A stretch of DNA of 64,000 nucleotides from the human T2T-CHM13v2.0 reference genome, Homo sapiens. Both the position numbers and the translations under genes were made by a program. The notes under the pieces were generated by a model that was not told the DNA's origin, ran no database searches, and was given only the letters and a program-made list of their open reading frames with translations. Below, in pieces: positions 31,660-46,130 of this stretch. The first letter of the stretch is position 1, and every line of letters starts with the position of its first letter. Location of the stretch: NCBI RefSeq assembly GCF_009914755.1, contig NC_060940.1. One strand, 5' to 3'.

Positions 31660-32359
31660 GGCTCTCACTAAGAGTACTCCCCACCAGGAGAATTTGAGCA
31701 GCCCCCAGAGACTGCCCTGGGCCACTTGTACTCCTTCTTCAAGCTCCTCCAGCCCAGTCAAACATGTGGCAGGAACAGAGAATCGGAATGGCAAGACAAA
31801 GGCTGCAAACTCAAGCCTGTGCAGGGCCTTGCAGGGAACTCAGTGACCATGCAGCCCGGTGCACTCCTTCCCCATCACCACCGAGAAGCAGGGGCTGTGA
31901 GCTCAATCCCCTGCAGAGCTTTGCCAGAAGAGACAGGTGCCTTTTTCCTCCAGAGGGTTTTGGCACTCAGAAGGAAGGGTGAGTTCAGATGGGACCTATC
32001 AGGCAAGTCTCAGGCTGGAAACCAAAGGTCAAGGTTGAATCCAGCAGGCAAAACTGGTGTAAGGAGGTGGGGACCCACTGAGCAAAGGCCTGGTGGCCTA
32101 ATGACCACACCTGCTGTGATCTGGGCTGGCCAGTGGTGGGGTTAGGACAGAACATAGGTGATCAGAGGAACTGGCCCCAAAGACAGGCCCAGGAATCTAG
32201 GATTTACTCTGCCTGGCTTTTACCTTCCCTGGGAGGATTTCTAAATCTTTAGGTTTTAAGGAAAAAAAGCCTAGTGGACTTCTGCTAAATCCTCGACCAT
32301 GTGCCCCCCTCCCCCTTCCTCCACCAGAACTCCAGGCATCCCTTCCCTCTGGTAATCTC

Positions 32360-32890
32360 CATAGCTCACTCATAAATTATGAGCACATTCATTTGCATGT
32401 CAGAAGCTCGGCCAAGAAATTAGATAAAATTGATCCACCGCAATTTATTCCCTCTATTTTTCCAAGAAATGGCCTCCCTCCCATGTTTTATTCATGGAGA
32501 CACCCTGCTCTCTCTTTTATCTCCAACCCTCAGTAACATTTTCAATTTACTCAATTTATAGCTGCAAGACGCCCTTGGGCTGGGCAGGAGGGGAGGCCAC
32601 CCAGAATGGGCCGCAGCTCCCCACGGCTTGCAGGGGCTCTGGGGCTGCCAGGCGGACGCGCTGAAGCGAGACAGAGGGTGGTTCCAGCAAGATCCGCCAG
32701 CCCTGGGCCTGGGAGAAAGGTTTCCAGGGGGCAGCCTGCGAAGACGGCACCAAGCACTAATGAGGGGCCTCTGCTCCAAGGTGAGCTGAGTGAGGAGCCG
32801 GGGTCCCTGCTGGATTCGGAGGAGCTCCCGACAGCTGCTCCCCCTTCAGTGAGTTAGGGCCGCCTTTGGCCTGACACAGGGGTCGCCTGT
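32360..32890. promoter_or_regulatory. Candidate enhancer/promoter: AT-rich motif core plus CpG-enriched flank
   Basis: Repeat-free; octamer ATTTGCAT at 32391-32398, palindrome CTCATAAATTATGAG at 32369-32383, many CpGs at 32570-32890, AAG|GTGAGC donor at 32780/1. Confidence 0.45.
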
Positions 32891-33612
32891 TAGGAAGACA
32901 GAAATGCCTGCCTCTGTCAGCCCTCCCTGTCTCCACATGCCGGAGATGCCTTCTGGAAGAAAGGAGAGGTGAAAAAGGATTTTTTCACATCTTCCCTCTC
33001 TCTGTTAGAGAAGAACACCGGACTTTGGGAAGGTGTGTGGGTTTGGTTTGCTTTTCATTTCCAGAGCCATTTTCCTCCCTGAGAGGCACAAATTCCAGTG
33101 AGTTCTCATCTGCAAGGGTGGTTTTCGCAGTGTCAGCTCACTGTCCAGCCACCCACCAGTGTCCCCACCATGGCCACATAGGTATCCTTGGTGGTGTGAG
33201 GCAACAGAGCTGGGTGGGGACTGTGGTCAACAGGAGAGGAGCCTTCCTAGAAAGGGCAGCCACTTCTTCAGCCAACTGCTGCCATGATGAAAGAATGCAG
33301 GCCTTGTGTTGCCAGAGCTTCAAATGTTAGAAGAGACTCCAAAATTCCAGAGCATGTGTGAATTCTCCCAGGTTTCAAAGATCGCTATGTAAACAAAAAC
33401 AAAAACAAACAAACAAAAAACACTCTGTCTCCCAAACAAACTCATAACTATGAGAGCCACTTTATCTGTGGTCCACCATCGCCCTTGATTGCTGGCTCCT
33501 TGAGAGTAGGGACCATGTCTTGATTATCTCTGTGTAGCACAGCCCAGCCCTGTGCCTGGCATACACTAGCTGACCAATAGATCTGTGGTAGCCTAAGAGG
33601 TAGGTTGAAATC

Positions 33613-34111
33613 CTTGTGGCAGAGGCTGCTCTTGGCCTTCCCCACCACCCAGTTTTCCTTTCCTCTTTGAGGTTATCAAACGCTGATGTTTAGCCTGCAT
33701 ATTTCTCTACTTCCCTTGCAGCCAAAGATAGTCCCAGCCAGTGAGAAGTGAGCATAACTGTTGAACAGGACTTTTGGGAAGGATGTTGAAAGGGAACTGC
33801 CAGAGCTGGGAGGAGCCTCTTTTTGCTCTTCTGCTTTTCCTGTACCTATGACTTTCTTGTGATCCTGGTCATGATGGCTGGAGCTCTGGCAGCCATCTTG
33901 GGCCATGCAGTGATCTTGGGGATGAACACCAGTGCTGTGTTTGGTGGGGCAGAAGAGGAGAAGCGTGTCACTGATGGTAGAGCTATTCTACCACCCTCAA
34001 CTCCCCATATCTGGGCTTGTTTTATAGGAGAGAGACAAACTTTATCTTCTTTAAGGCACTATTATTTTGAGTTTTCTATTATGTGCAGCTGACCTGTTCC
34101 TAGCCTATACA
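33613..34111 (+). mobile_element. MLT1 (I/J-type) LTR
   Basis: gatggctggagctctggcagccatcttg...tttaaggcactattatttt...atgtgcagctga. Confidence 0.7.
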
Positions 34112-34937
34112 CCCTTTTCCAAGGGGCGACTGCTCAGTTCCATTTCCACCATTCAGAACCTGGAGAAAGATGGGGAGAATCCAATCCAGCAGATGTCCCC
34201 TTTGCAAGCAAATCCCATGAATGAGCTGAAGAGGAGACTAAAGACGGTTTGCAGACCTTCTGGGATCCTTCTGGGTCCTCTGTTCACAGGATGCCCAGGG
34301 AAGCCTCTGTCTTTGATGGGAATCCAGTCATGACCTTGACTGATCAGCCTGGCGTGGCTTAGGTATGTGCCTGTATGGAGCTGGGGTATGGACCAGATGG
34401 CTCTGGATGGAACCATTCTATAAGAGTGGAGAGACTGGTCCGGAAGACTCCTTCATATGTAGTGGCCCTCAGAGCCCAAGACAAAAGCCACTGCTTGGGC
34501 CCCTTTCCCCAGTGGGGTATCAGTCTCCCCAGAGGCATCCGGCCCAGCTCCTCAGGGCCTGAGCCTTTCCCCAAGACCACACCCAGCACCGTGGGTAGCA
34601 CTTCAGAAGTGTGAGGCCATAGCACAGAGCAGGAGTCTCTCTCTGCATCCCTGGCCAGGCCAGCCCTGTGCATGACAAAGCTTCCTGTGGTCTGGGGTTG
34701 CAGAGCAGGAGGTCCAGTCACATCCTCTGAAACATAACGAAGGCCTAGGACACCAAGTCACTGCAAGAGGCTCAGATCCAGCCTCAGCTCCACCCATTTC
34801 CAGCCAGGGGATCTTGGGCTTGTTAGCAATTCAGGGGGCGAATACAGAAGACTAACCACTAAATGGCTTTAAAAAAAAATAAGAACTGTTTTTTCTTCCT
34901 TTGATATCTTTGGTACCAAAACAATCTTGTTTTGTCT

Positions 34938-35238
34938 TTCTCTTTTTGTAGGGACAGAGTCTCACTCCATCACCCAGGCTGGAGTGCAGTGGTGCAGTCA
35001 TGGCTTACTGCAGCCTCAAACTCCTAGGCTCAAGCCATCCTCCTGCCTCAGCCTCACCAGTAGCTGGACTACAGACATGTGCCACCACACCTGGCTAATT
35101 GTTTTATTTTTATTTTTTTACAGAGGCAAGGTCTTGCTTGTTGCTCAGGCTGGTCTCAGACTTGTGAATCCTCAAATGATCCTCCTGCCTTGGCCTCCCA
35201 AAATGCTGGGATTATAAGCATGAGCCATTGCACCCAGC
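34938..35238 (-). mobile_element. AluJ
   Basis: Full dimer. Confidence 0.92.
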
Positions 35239-35597
35239 TTTATTCTTGAATAACCAATGGCTTCAAGGTAGGGCAGCTCCAGGCTTCATTAATTCAGTAA
35301 GTCAATCATATTATCAGGGAGCAGATTCCTTTGATCTTTCTGCCCTGCCCTCTGTGGTAGGTTAGAGCAATGGCCCCCATTTTTCATCCCTGCCCCCAAA
35401 TTCATGCAGGAACCACATCCCTGGGTACCCATCAGCCCCAGTCCCTTGACTTTGACCCATGCATTCTAGCACACGGATGCAGGTAGAGGTTTGAAATGGG
35501 CCTGATGCGTGCTAGAGCTTGTCCTTTGCACCTCTGCCATTTCTCTGAGAACCTGCTGCAGGATGAGAGACACAAAGGACACATCTGAGGCAAGCTA

Positions 35598-35653
35598 TTT
35601 GGTTGGTGAAAAAAGTAGTGGCAAAACCCGCAATGACTTTTGCACCAACCTAA
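35598..35653. mobile_element. MADE1 (Hsmar1 MITE), internally deleted
   Basis: TA-flanked tttggttggtg...gcaatgacttttgcaccaacctaa; 56 bp versus the 80-bp consensus. Confidence 0.85.
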
Positions 35654-37514
35654 TAGATCAGCTGACTCTAGTCATGTGGGCAATAAATATTTCTTGCTGA
35701 ATGCCTTTCGAGTTTTGAGGTTGCTTGTCCACAGTATTATCGTGGCCATAGATAACAGATACACATCCTTAGCACAACAACTTGCACTAACTCTCCTCCT
35801 GACTCCAAGATGGCTACAGTAGTTCTAGAAATCACATGTAGCCAACAACGATCAAAGGCAAAAAATGAAAGGGAGTATTCTTAACTTGGGTCCTTTTATC
35901 AGAGCGAGGGAAACCCCCCCGCCAGTACCCAGCCGACTTCTCAGCCAGCACCAGATCTCATGCTCTGTTTATCTGTCCTTGGCAAGAAGAGGTCAACAGG
36001 GCTTGATCAGTCAAAAATCACATCCTGGGCTGTGGAGTGGCCCACTCTCCCTGGGAAGAAGAACAGGCCCCTGGGAAGAAGAAAGACAAGCAAAATGGGG
36101 ATGAAGAAGGGTCTGTGTGTGAGGGATGGAGGAATGGCTGTGGGACAGGCAACCAACAGCCTGTCCCCCACATAGTATCTTGGAGACTTAGTTCCCCCAT
36201 CTGTCAAATGGAGATAATACCTGCTCTACCTACTTCCCTGCGTGAAATGAGAAAATAGACGTGAAAACAGCATAGCAGATTCTACGATTATGTGGCTAGC
36301 ATTCAGCTAGCCTGTAAGTCCATCAAATATTAGTCTTATCCCTTGAAAGAGGCCTTTACTAGTTCTTCATGGGGACTAGAAACCATACTAGAATATTTTC
36401 CCAACTTTCTCCCAGTGCCTAGTGGGGAGGGCTCCTGCATGGTGATGGTCTCGTGGAGTCCTGTTGCAGTTTATCCAACAGGGGCCATGGGTGAGGCCAC
36501 ACTCCCACCAGTGAAGCAGGTCTACTTTGAGCAGATGAACACCTCACTGTCAATCATCTGCAGAAGAGGTGGGGGGAGGGGCGGGCGGGCAGGGAGGAAC
36601 CAGGAACTGCCTGGCCTTGGCTGATAGGGGCAGGTCTGTAGCTTGAGGGACAGCATCTGTCCCAGCAGAGGAGGGAGTGGTGGGGCAGAGACCCTGGGGG
36701 AGCTTTACAAACTGGAAAGCCTCCTCGGGTATCTATGACATCAAGAATTTCCAAATGCACAAGAATCTCAAGGCATGCGAGGCTCTTTAGGGTCCAGCAC
36801 CCCCGACCTGCTCTCCCTCAGGCAGACCCTTGGATTCAGAAGTCTCTTCAACTCAGCATGATGACAGAGTCCTTACAGATGTTCCTCCAGGGTAAGGAAG
36901 GGCTGGATGCCTGTAAAACTCATCTTTGTATGTGGTTCAGCTCACATCATGGACAGGTACAAAATCAGGTTTGGGTTGAAGAAGATTTGTGAATAGTCAG
37001 CAAAGCCAAATCCTGAACCTACTGGCTACGAGTCCCAGCCTTTCCCCCACCCTTTGCTCAGGTTCCCAACAAAACCTCTTAAGTTACAGGGTGCTTCCCA
37101 CTCTTCAAAGCTTTTGCACACACGAACCAGGCTATTCACTGCAGCTTAGATTTCAGCACTCAAATGCCGGTAGGTAGGCGACTGCTAACAGAGCACCGGA
37201 CAGCCACATGGCAGAATCCACAGCAGCCACTGAAAAGGACGAGACCACGCTCTCTAAACTGACATGGAAAGCTCCAAGGTATATATAGGCTCTCATGAAA
37301 AAGCCAAGTCCAGGACAGTGTGTACACGTGTGCATGTGCATGGGAGCAACATCTCTGGAGGGACGCGTTCTGTGGGGCGGGAGGGAGAAGCCAGTGTCCA
37401 AAGGCAGCAGGGAAACTTACTCTGTATCTTAGAGCCTTTTGCATGGCTTGAAAATTTTTTTCTTTTGGGACTTTTGCCTGTTTAAATAATAAACTTGTTT
37501 TCAAAGTGTTTTAA

Positions 37515-37818
37515 GGCTGGGCAGGGTGGCACAGGTCTGTAATCCCAGCACTTTGGGAGGTCAAGGGAAGAGGATCACTTGAGGCAAGAAGTTCGAGACC
37601 AGCCTGGGCAATATAGTCAGACCCTAACTCTACAAAAAAAAAAAAAAAAAAAAATTAAAAAGTCGCCACACACAGTGGCGCTTGCCTGTAGTCCCAGCTA
37701 CTCAGGAGGCTGAGGCAGGAGGGTTGCTTATGCCCAGAAGTCTGAGACTGCAGTGAGCTATGATTGCGCCACTGCACTCCAACTTGGACAAGACAGTGAG
37801 ACCTTGCCTCTAAAAAAA
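37515..37818 (+). mobile_element. AluJ
   Basis: Dimer with long central A run. Confidence 0.92.
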
Positions 37819-37869
37819 TCCAAGTGCTTTAACCCCTGCTAATGTTGTTTATCCCTCCCTGTGGGTGGG

Positions 37870-38260
37870 TGATAGGGTTTGGATATTGGTCCCACCTGAA
37901 CCTCATGTTGAAATGTAACCCTCAGTGTTGGAGGTGGGGCTGGTGGGAGGTGTTTGGGTCACGGGGGTGAATCCCTCGTGGCTTGGTGCTGTCCTCATGA
38001 TCACGAGTTTTCACAAGGTCTGGTTGTTCAAAAGTGTATGGCACCTCCCCACCCTCCTTGTTCCCACTCTGCCACGTAACAGCCTGCTCCCGCTTCCACC
38101 AGGAGTAGAAGCTGCCCAAGGCCTCCCCGGAAGCCAAGCAGATGCCAGTGCCATGCTTCCTGTATAACCTGCGGAAGCATGAGCCAAGTAAACTACTTGT
38201 CTTTATAAATCACCCAGCCCCAGGTATTGCTTTCGAGCGATGTAAGAACAGCCTAATACA
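37870..38260 (+). mobile_element. MST (MSTA/B) solo LTR
   Basis: TG...CA ends, 5-bp TSD GTGGG (37865-37869, 38261-38265), inserted in a MIR. Confidence 0.9.
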
Positions 38261-39092
38261 GTGGGTATGGTTATCCCCATTTCAAAGAAAAGAAGGCCGA
38301 GTCCCAGAGAAGCAGAGTGACAGACCCAGGGTCCCCAGGAAGATTCTAGCCAGGACTGACCAGCAGCCTCCTGGTTCTCCATCAGGAAGGGGTTCCAGCA
38401 TCAGTGTGGCAGTTACCCTCAAGTGTGATACCCCCACTAGCCTGTTTCCCCAGCTGCCAGCAGCCTGGCCTGAAGGCCCCCTCCAGTCTAGGCATCCACA
38501 AGGCTGCAATGCTGAACCAGAGACAGTGGACCCACTAAAGTGTCTGCAGCAGGCCTCACTGCATGTCTCAGCAGCGCAGCCTCAACTTGCCCACCAGCCC
38601 TGTTCCCATCGCAGTGCATTGCTTGGAAAATACATTCTTAAAACGCCTGTCATATTTTATCTGATGTTTAAAGTTGATTTTCCTTTGGATGACACACAAT
38701 ATGAATGGGCTGCTCAGTGATCTCTTTATCAGCCATAGACTCCAGCATGATGCTCACCACCCGTGTCTGGATGCTCTTTGAGCAGGCCTGGAATGGACCC
38801 AGATTCAGGATTCCAGAAAGGCTCTGAGTGTGAGGTGCCCAGTGAGTGTGAGGGGCCCAGTGAGTGTGTGGGCCTGGGACTGACCAAGGGCTTTTCCAAA
38901 TGACTGACAGGGCTCCCATCTGCCTATGGAGGCCATGGAAAGGTCCACACTGAGACAACTTCACTACAACTGAAAGAGAGCAAAGACCTAAAAGAAAATA
39001 TCCACACATGTACTGAGGAGCTACTATGAGCCGGGGTCTGTGCTTGGCACTGTTGCTAAGCCTTCTCATTTACTCTGCATAATAGCCAGTGA

Positions 39093-39788
<696 letters not shown>

Positions 39789-40410
39789 TAGCACAAAACA
39801 TGTGAGGGGCTGTGGAGCGACAAGGGAGGACTTGTGGGAATTTACTACTTGCTTCAACAAATATTTGGTGAGGGTCTATGATGTGTTAGATATCATTCTG
39901 GGTACTGTAGATACATCACAGAACAAAATGCAAAAGAAAAAAAAATCTGCCCTGCAACGGGAGGCAATTTAAACAGAGGTGATCAGAGATGGCCTTGGCA
40001 TGGAGATACCATCTGAACTCAGCTCTGAATGACTTACGGGGCTAGGCAGGGGAGGATCCGGAGTAAGAAGAGTGAGGACGGTGGTGGCCCAAGTCACAGA
40101 ATAAACTATTTGCCCCAAGTCACAGCATAAACTATTGCTAGCCTGGGATTGGCTGCCCTTGGGCTAGATGCCCACTCCTGGCCCAATCAGCTGTAGCCAT
40201 GAGGTCCTGTGGCCTATGGGCAGAGCTGATCCATTAGGAGGCGCTGTTGATGGCTCTCACCCTCGAGTAGTGCCCTCATTTTACAGGTGGCCCCACTGAG
40301 AGCCTAATCGAGAGACTGCCCTGTCAAGTACGGCTTGCAGAAACACCGTCTGTCTTGCTCTGTTGTTTTTCTGTTTTATAATTGAGCCAACATTTAAAAT
40401 GGGAAATTTA

Positions 40411-41016
<606 letters not shown>

Positions 41017-43207
41017 GTGGGAAGTTTTTTTTTTTTTAAACAATCATCAAATCTGGCAACTCATATTCCTTCCAGGCACCAGAGGCTGGAGTAGCCAACC
41101 CTTCAGGTGGCGTCTTGCTTTCTCTACTGGATATGTGAGACTCATTTATGCTGACACCTGGCTCCTGTGGCCACATAACTCACCACCTTGATTTAACGGT
41201 TTGTCCAGGAACACAGAGGAGCTGGTGGGAGTTGGGATGGGATCTCCCATCTGCCAGGGTGCTGCTTGCCTGCTGTGCCCCACTCCACCTTAACTCTGGC
41301 AACCACTCCTGGGGTGCCTGTCCTCTGTCCTGCTTCCAAAGCAGAGCAGAGAGCATAAGAGTGGGCTTCTAGTAGGCTCTGTCATCCTCTTCTGCCAGTG
41401 ATATGTCATTCTTCCTGACTTAGGGTCCTTCAATCCCTTCTCATGAGCCACTAAAATGTGTTCAAAAGTCTTTCCTGAACAGAAAGGATGAGAGCTCTTG
41501 GGATAGGCCTGGGGCTGGGGAAGCAGGGGCCATATTTATTCCTCATGGTGTCCCTCAGGTCTGAGCACTGTGTGTGGCTCAGAAAGCCAGTCTGAATGGT
41601 GACTGATGCACCCAATGCTGTCTGCCAAGTCCAAAGCCCTCATAGAGGGACCTGGGCCTTGTCTAGGTGAAGGGACATTTTCCTTCTGGCCAAGAGACTT
41701 CCAGCAAGAGGCTGGAGGTGGGAGCTTAGTGGAATGGTGGGGCTGGGGCTCCTGCTTTTCCAGGAAGGTGGGCTTCAGAGAGTGAGCTAAGGAGGGTGGT
41801 GCAGGTGAGGCCTGAGAAGCAAAGCCCCAGTCTCTCAGGCAGCCTCCAGACTGGCCATGCCTGTTCCCTGCCTAGAAGCTTGCAGCTAGCCAGCTCAGCT
41901 CAGTTCCTGCAGGAGGTTCTAGATCTGTAGTGAATGAAGAAAGTGCATTTCAGGGGAGGGAAGGGGGGTGGGGAGTCATGGGCAGATGGAGACCCAAGGT
42001 TGGCTCAGATGTCCCTCTTGGATACCCTTGGATTTAGGGTCAAAGCCCCGCTCAAGGTAGGCCTCTGCCGGAGGGAGCAGACACATATGAGGGGCTCCTG
42101 AGTTCACATAACACATGTTTGTTGAACACCTACTATGTGCTGGGCACTGAGCTGGGCTTGTGACTGTAGTGACATAAATAAGTGATGATGAGATCTGTGA
42201 CAGCACTGAGCAGAAGGACAGGACCGAGGGTCCTGGTAGGCAGGGAAGTCCTGTTGCAATAGGCCACATTTTAGCTGACTCTCGAAGGATGAAGAGGAGT
42301 TAGCTGCATAGAGTGGGGCAAGAGAGTCCAGACAGAGTATGGCAATGTGGGACGGTCCCAGGGCAAGCCCAGGGCTCCAGAGACTGGACATCCAGGTGGC
42401 TGGTTGTGTGTGGAGGGAGGAAGTGGAGAGGCTGGAGGCCACACAGAAACACAATAAACGTCTGGATTTTGCTCTGAGGCTGCAGGAGCCATGGATATGT
42501 AACCAGTGGGGTGGGGGGCTAGACACACAGTGGGTCTTGTGCTGAGAAGGGACAGCATGGAGGCAGGACACTTAGGGCAGACACAGGTCCGGGGACTCTG
42601 GTGCTGGTACCACTGCCTGGGCAGCAGTGTATGGTGGGATGTGAAAAATACCTGCTATCCTGGAACCTCCCCCGCAGCCCCCAGGGACAGTGAGCCCTGT
42701 CCCAGTGGACGAGTGTGGGCTGGGGAGGCTTTTGTGAATTCTGTTGTGGAAATCCATCTTCACCCTGGGAAATCGAGTGCCCTTCAAAGGCCCATGCTGG
42801 AGTTCGCCTTAATCTGGGCAGACACCTTGTGGTTGCATGTCCAGCTCATGTCATTTAAAAATTCTCTTTGAGATATCCCAGGGCTGGGGTTGCTTTGTAG
42901 CTTAGGAAATCCACAAAGGACTCAATTTCAACAGGGACTGGGCCCATCATGGCACACTGCTGAAAGGCCTGTCCACGAGGAAGCTCCAGACATACCACAG
43001 GCCCTCGGCGTCCTGCGACAGCCAACACTGGTGGTGGTGGTGTGTAGCAGTGGGCCATGTGTCCAGGTTTGGGAGGGGAGGCAGTTTCTAAGTGAGAGGC
43101 CCCCATCTCCCAGCGCCTCCCACCTGGAACCAGGATGCACAAAGGCATTTAGACACTTGCATCTGTGTCTGTCTTCCATGCGGGACGATTCGGCAGCTCT
43201 GGGGGTT

Positions 43208-43645
43208 TCTGAGGCTGGAAGGACTTCCCTGAGCAGTGGCCAAGCCAAGGGGTGGCTTAGGGGAACGTTTTTGTTGTTGTAGAGACAGAGTCTCCCTGTG
43301 TTGCCCAGGCTGGTCTCAAACTCCTGGGCTCAAGCGATCCTTCCACCTCAGCCTCCCAAAGTGCTGGGATTACAGGTGTGAGCCACTGCACCTGGCTGGC
43401 TTCAGAAAACTTAAACCCACCTCAAATCTCCACCAGCCCCCTCCAACCCCCTAGTTAAATGTATGGTCCAGGTAAAGACAATGTGCCTGTTCTTCAGCTT
43501 CAAAACCAGCCCCAGCCCCTGCTCCTAAGGCAGACTGCCAGCCCCCTAGCCTGTCAAGCCCTCCCCAATCTGGTGACCTGACTAGACAAGCAGTGGGCCT
43601 GGGATCCTCTGAGCTAGCCCACACCTGAAGCTTCCGGAGAGCCAA
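43208..43645 (+). repeat. Left arm of ~438-bp inverted duplication (contains FLAM 43268-43396, -)
   Basis: Reverse complement aligns colinearly with 44334-44772, roughly 85% identical by manual comparison. Confidence 0.95.
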
Positions 43646-44333
43646 GCCCAGCTGATGGGGGCCCAGCTTGTCCCAAGGTGGTGGAGGTGGTGGTTTCAGC
43701 CTGGCGCCTCCACCCCCTCTTGCCTGCCTCCTCACAGACCCATTGTGTCCCAGCTTCAGAAGTCACCGTCTGCCCCCTTCTGGTGGCTGGAAATTCTCAG
43801 GAAGCCTCCGATGGCAGGAACTCCAGCACAGGTAATGGGGTGAAGGTGCAGGGCTCCACCACCTCCCTGTGCCCCTCCCCAACTCTGACTGTGGCAATTG
43901 GTTGCCCACCTTATCAGGACAGGAGCCACAAAGGTATGCCTTTCACCTTCCCTAAATACTGTCATATACAAGTCACAGAAACAGGATGGAAACGAGGGAC
44001 ATTCTCCACCTTGAATCTTGCGGCCCATTGCCAGGCCAGCCTCCCTTCAGTGACCTATAAATCAATTTAAAAAATAATATGCTAAGTACCCTGGCATAGT
44101 TAAATCACACCATTTGTGTGTTAGAAGCATTAATCTGTGAAAGCTATTTATGTAAGTACACTACAAAGGTGGAAATTTGTGTTGATGCTTCTTCATTTTT
44201 ACCACATAGGAACACTCAAAACTGGAAACAGCCTGGCCTTGCATGCCGCCCAGGACCAGGCACCAACTGAGACATGTAGATGGAGGGGCTTTGTCTCAGA
44301 AAGGCCTGGAGCCCAGGACAGAATCTCCCTGTG

Positions 44334-44772
44334 TTGGCTCTCCGGAAGCTTCAAGTGTGGTCTGGCTCAGAGGATCCCAGCCCCACTCCTTGTCTCATCA
44401 GCTCACTGAGTAGGGGCAGGCTGGACAGGCTAGGAGATTGGCAGTCTGCCTTAGGAGCAGGGGCTGAGGGCTTGTCTTGAAGCTGAAGAACAGGCACACC
44501 GTCTTTACCTGAACCATAAATTTCACTCAGGGGTTGGAGGGGCTGGGGGAGATGTGAGATGGGTTTAAGTTTTCCTAGGCCAGCCAGGTGTGGTGGCTCA
44601 CACTTGTAATCCCAGCACTTTAAGAGGCCGAGGTGGGAGGATCACTTGCCCAGAAGCTTGACACCAGCCTGGGTAACACAGGGAGACCCTGACTCTACAA
44701 CCACAACAAAACTGTTCCCCTAAGCCACCTCTTGGCTTGGCCACTGCTCAGGGAAGCCCTTCCAGCCTCAGA
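44334..44772 (-). repeat. Right arm of ~438-bp inverted duplication (contains FLAM 44582-44711, +)
   Basis: ttggctctccggaagcttc... to ...ccttccagcctcaga mirrors 43208-43645. Confidence 0.95.
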
Positions 44773-45639
44773 GAGACCAGAGCCTAAAAGCTAGGACCCA
44801 GGGCTCTGGGGTGAGCAGATCTGGGCTCAAGGGCAGCCTTCTTCGATGACCAGCTGTGTGGCATTGAGCAACTGACTCAACCTCACTGCGTCTAGTTTGC
44901 TCATCTGTAAAATGGAGCCTTCCGGATCCAGTAGCAGGGAGGTTTGGAGGGGATTGCAAGTGTAAAGCACGCAGCTCTGGGCGAAAGCCCAGGGAATAGG
45001 AGCAACCTCTGTGAGAGCTCCACATGCTGGCCCTGAGCATGCTTTCACTGTGACACAACGAGGGTTAGACCCACGATCTCTCTGCCATGGACGAGGCAGC
45101 TGGAGATGAAAGCCAGGATTTGCCCAAGCAAATAGCCGGAGAGCTGCAGTGCCACGATGCCGCCCTTTACTTTTGGATTCCAAGACCACTGATCTTTCCT
45201 CGTCCCATGCCTGCTTTCCAGGTGACTTGGTCTGCTTTCCTTTTCCCATTCAGTTCACAGAGCACCGGGCAAGTGCCAGGTAGGGTGCCCAGGCCTGTAG
45301 GGGAGGGAGGACCGATTGGGCTCCAGCTCCCCAGGACTCATATTCTCCAGAAGAGAAGACAGAAAGACAGACGGATGCTCAAGCAGCTGCGTACCAGGTA
45401 GGTGCTGCTCAGCACGATCGCCAGGCAAGGCTGCGCAGGTAATGTGGCTCGGAGGGCGTGCAGGTCAGCCCCAGGTGTGGGGAGTCAGGAGGGAGGTCCT
45501 CAGGTTCTAGGAAAGAGAGAGAGGCACAGACACAGCCCATTTTCTGACAGAGTTGAGAGTTTGTCTTTCCGGAAGGAGGTGGCTGGCTGCACACGGCCCA
45601 CTGCACAATTCTTAGAGGATGTCAGTCAAGTGATAAACA

Positions 45640-46130
45640 CCCAGTCAAACAGGATTCAGTATGAAAGGGGGTCGCTGGTTCTAGTATCTGAAAATGCCAG
45701 GGTGCGGCTGCCTTCCAGCACCAGGACCCAGGGCCTCAGACAATCATATCAGGAACCTGCTCCTTGCCTGCGCTGTCCTCTGTGTCTTCACTCTCAGGCA
45801 GGTTCACCATCCTCTCCCTTAGGTTGTTCCCTACCCGATCCCAGTTCGAGGATGACGTCCTAAGGGTTTGGCAGTCCCACCAGAAAAGGTACATCTGCAG
45901 GGTTCCCAGGAAGTCCTGGCAGAAGTCCTGAAGAGAGCTCTCATTGGACTAGCTGGAATCACGGGACCATCCCTGAACCAATCACCAAGGCTAAGCCAAC
46001 GGAATATGCTGATTGGCCAGGCCCAAGTCACATGACGGCCTCTGTAGCCAGGGCTTGGGAAGTCAGTCCCTGGGGTTGAGATGTTCCAAAGGGCTGTGAA
46101 CCGAAAATCCCTGCGGAAGGAAACCACACA
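45640..46130 (-). mobile_element. MLT1K/L-type LTR relic
   Basis: ctctcattggactagctggaatcacgggaccatccctgaaccaatcac...gattggccaggcccaagtcacatg. Confidence 0.65.

Noticed and set aside
32300-32650. Possible inverted similarity flanking the 32.4-kb core
   Set aside because: Driven by low-complexity C-rich and G-rich tracts.
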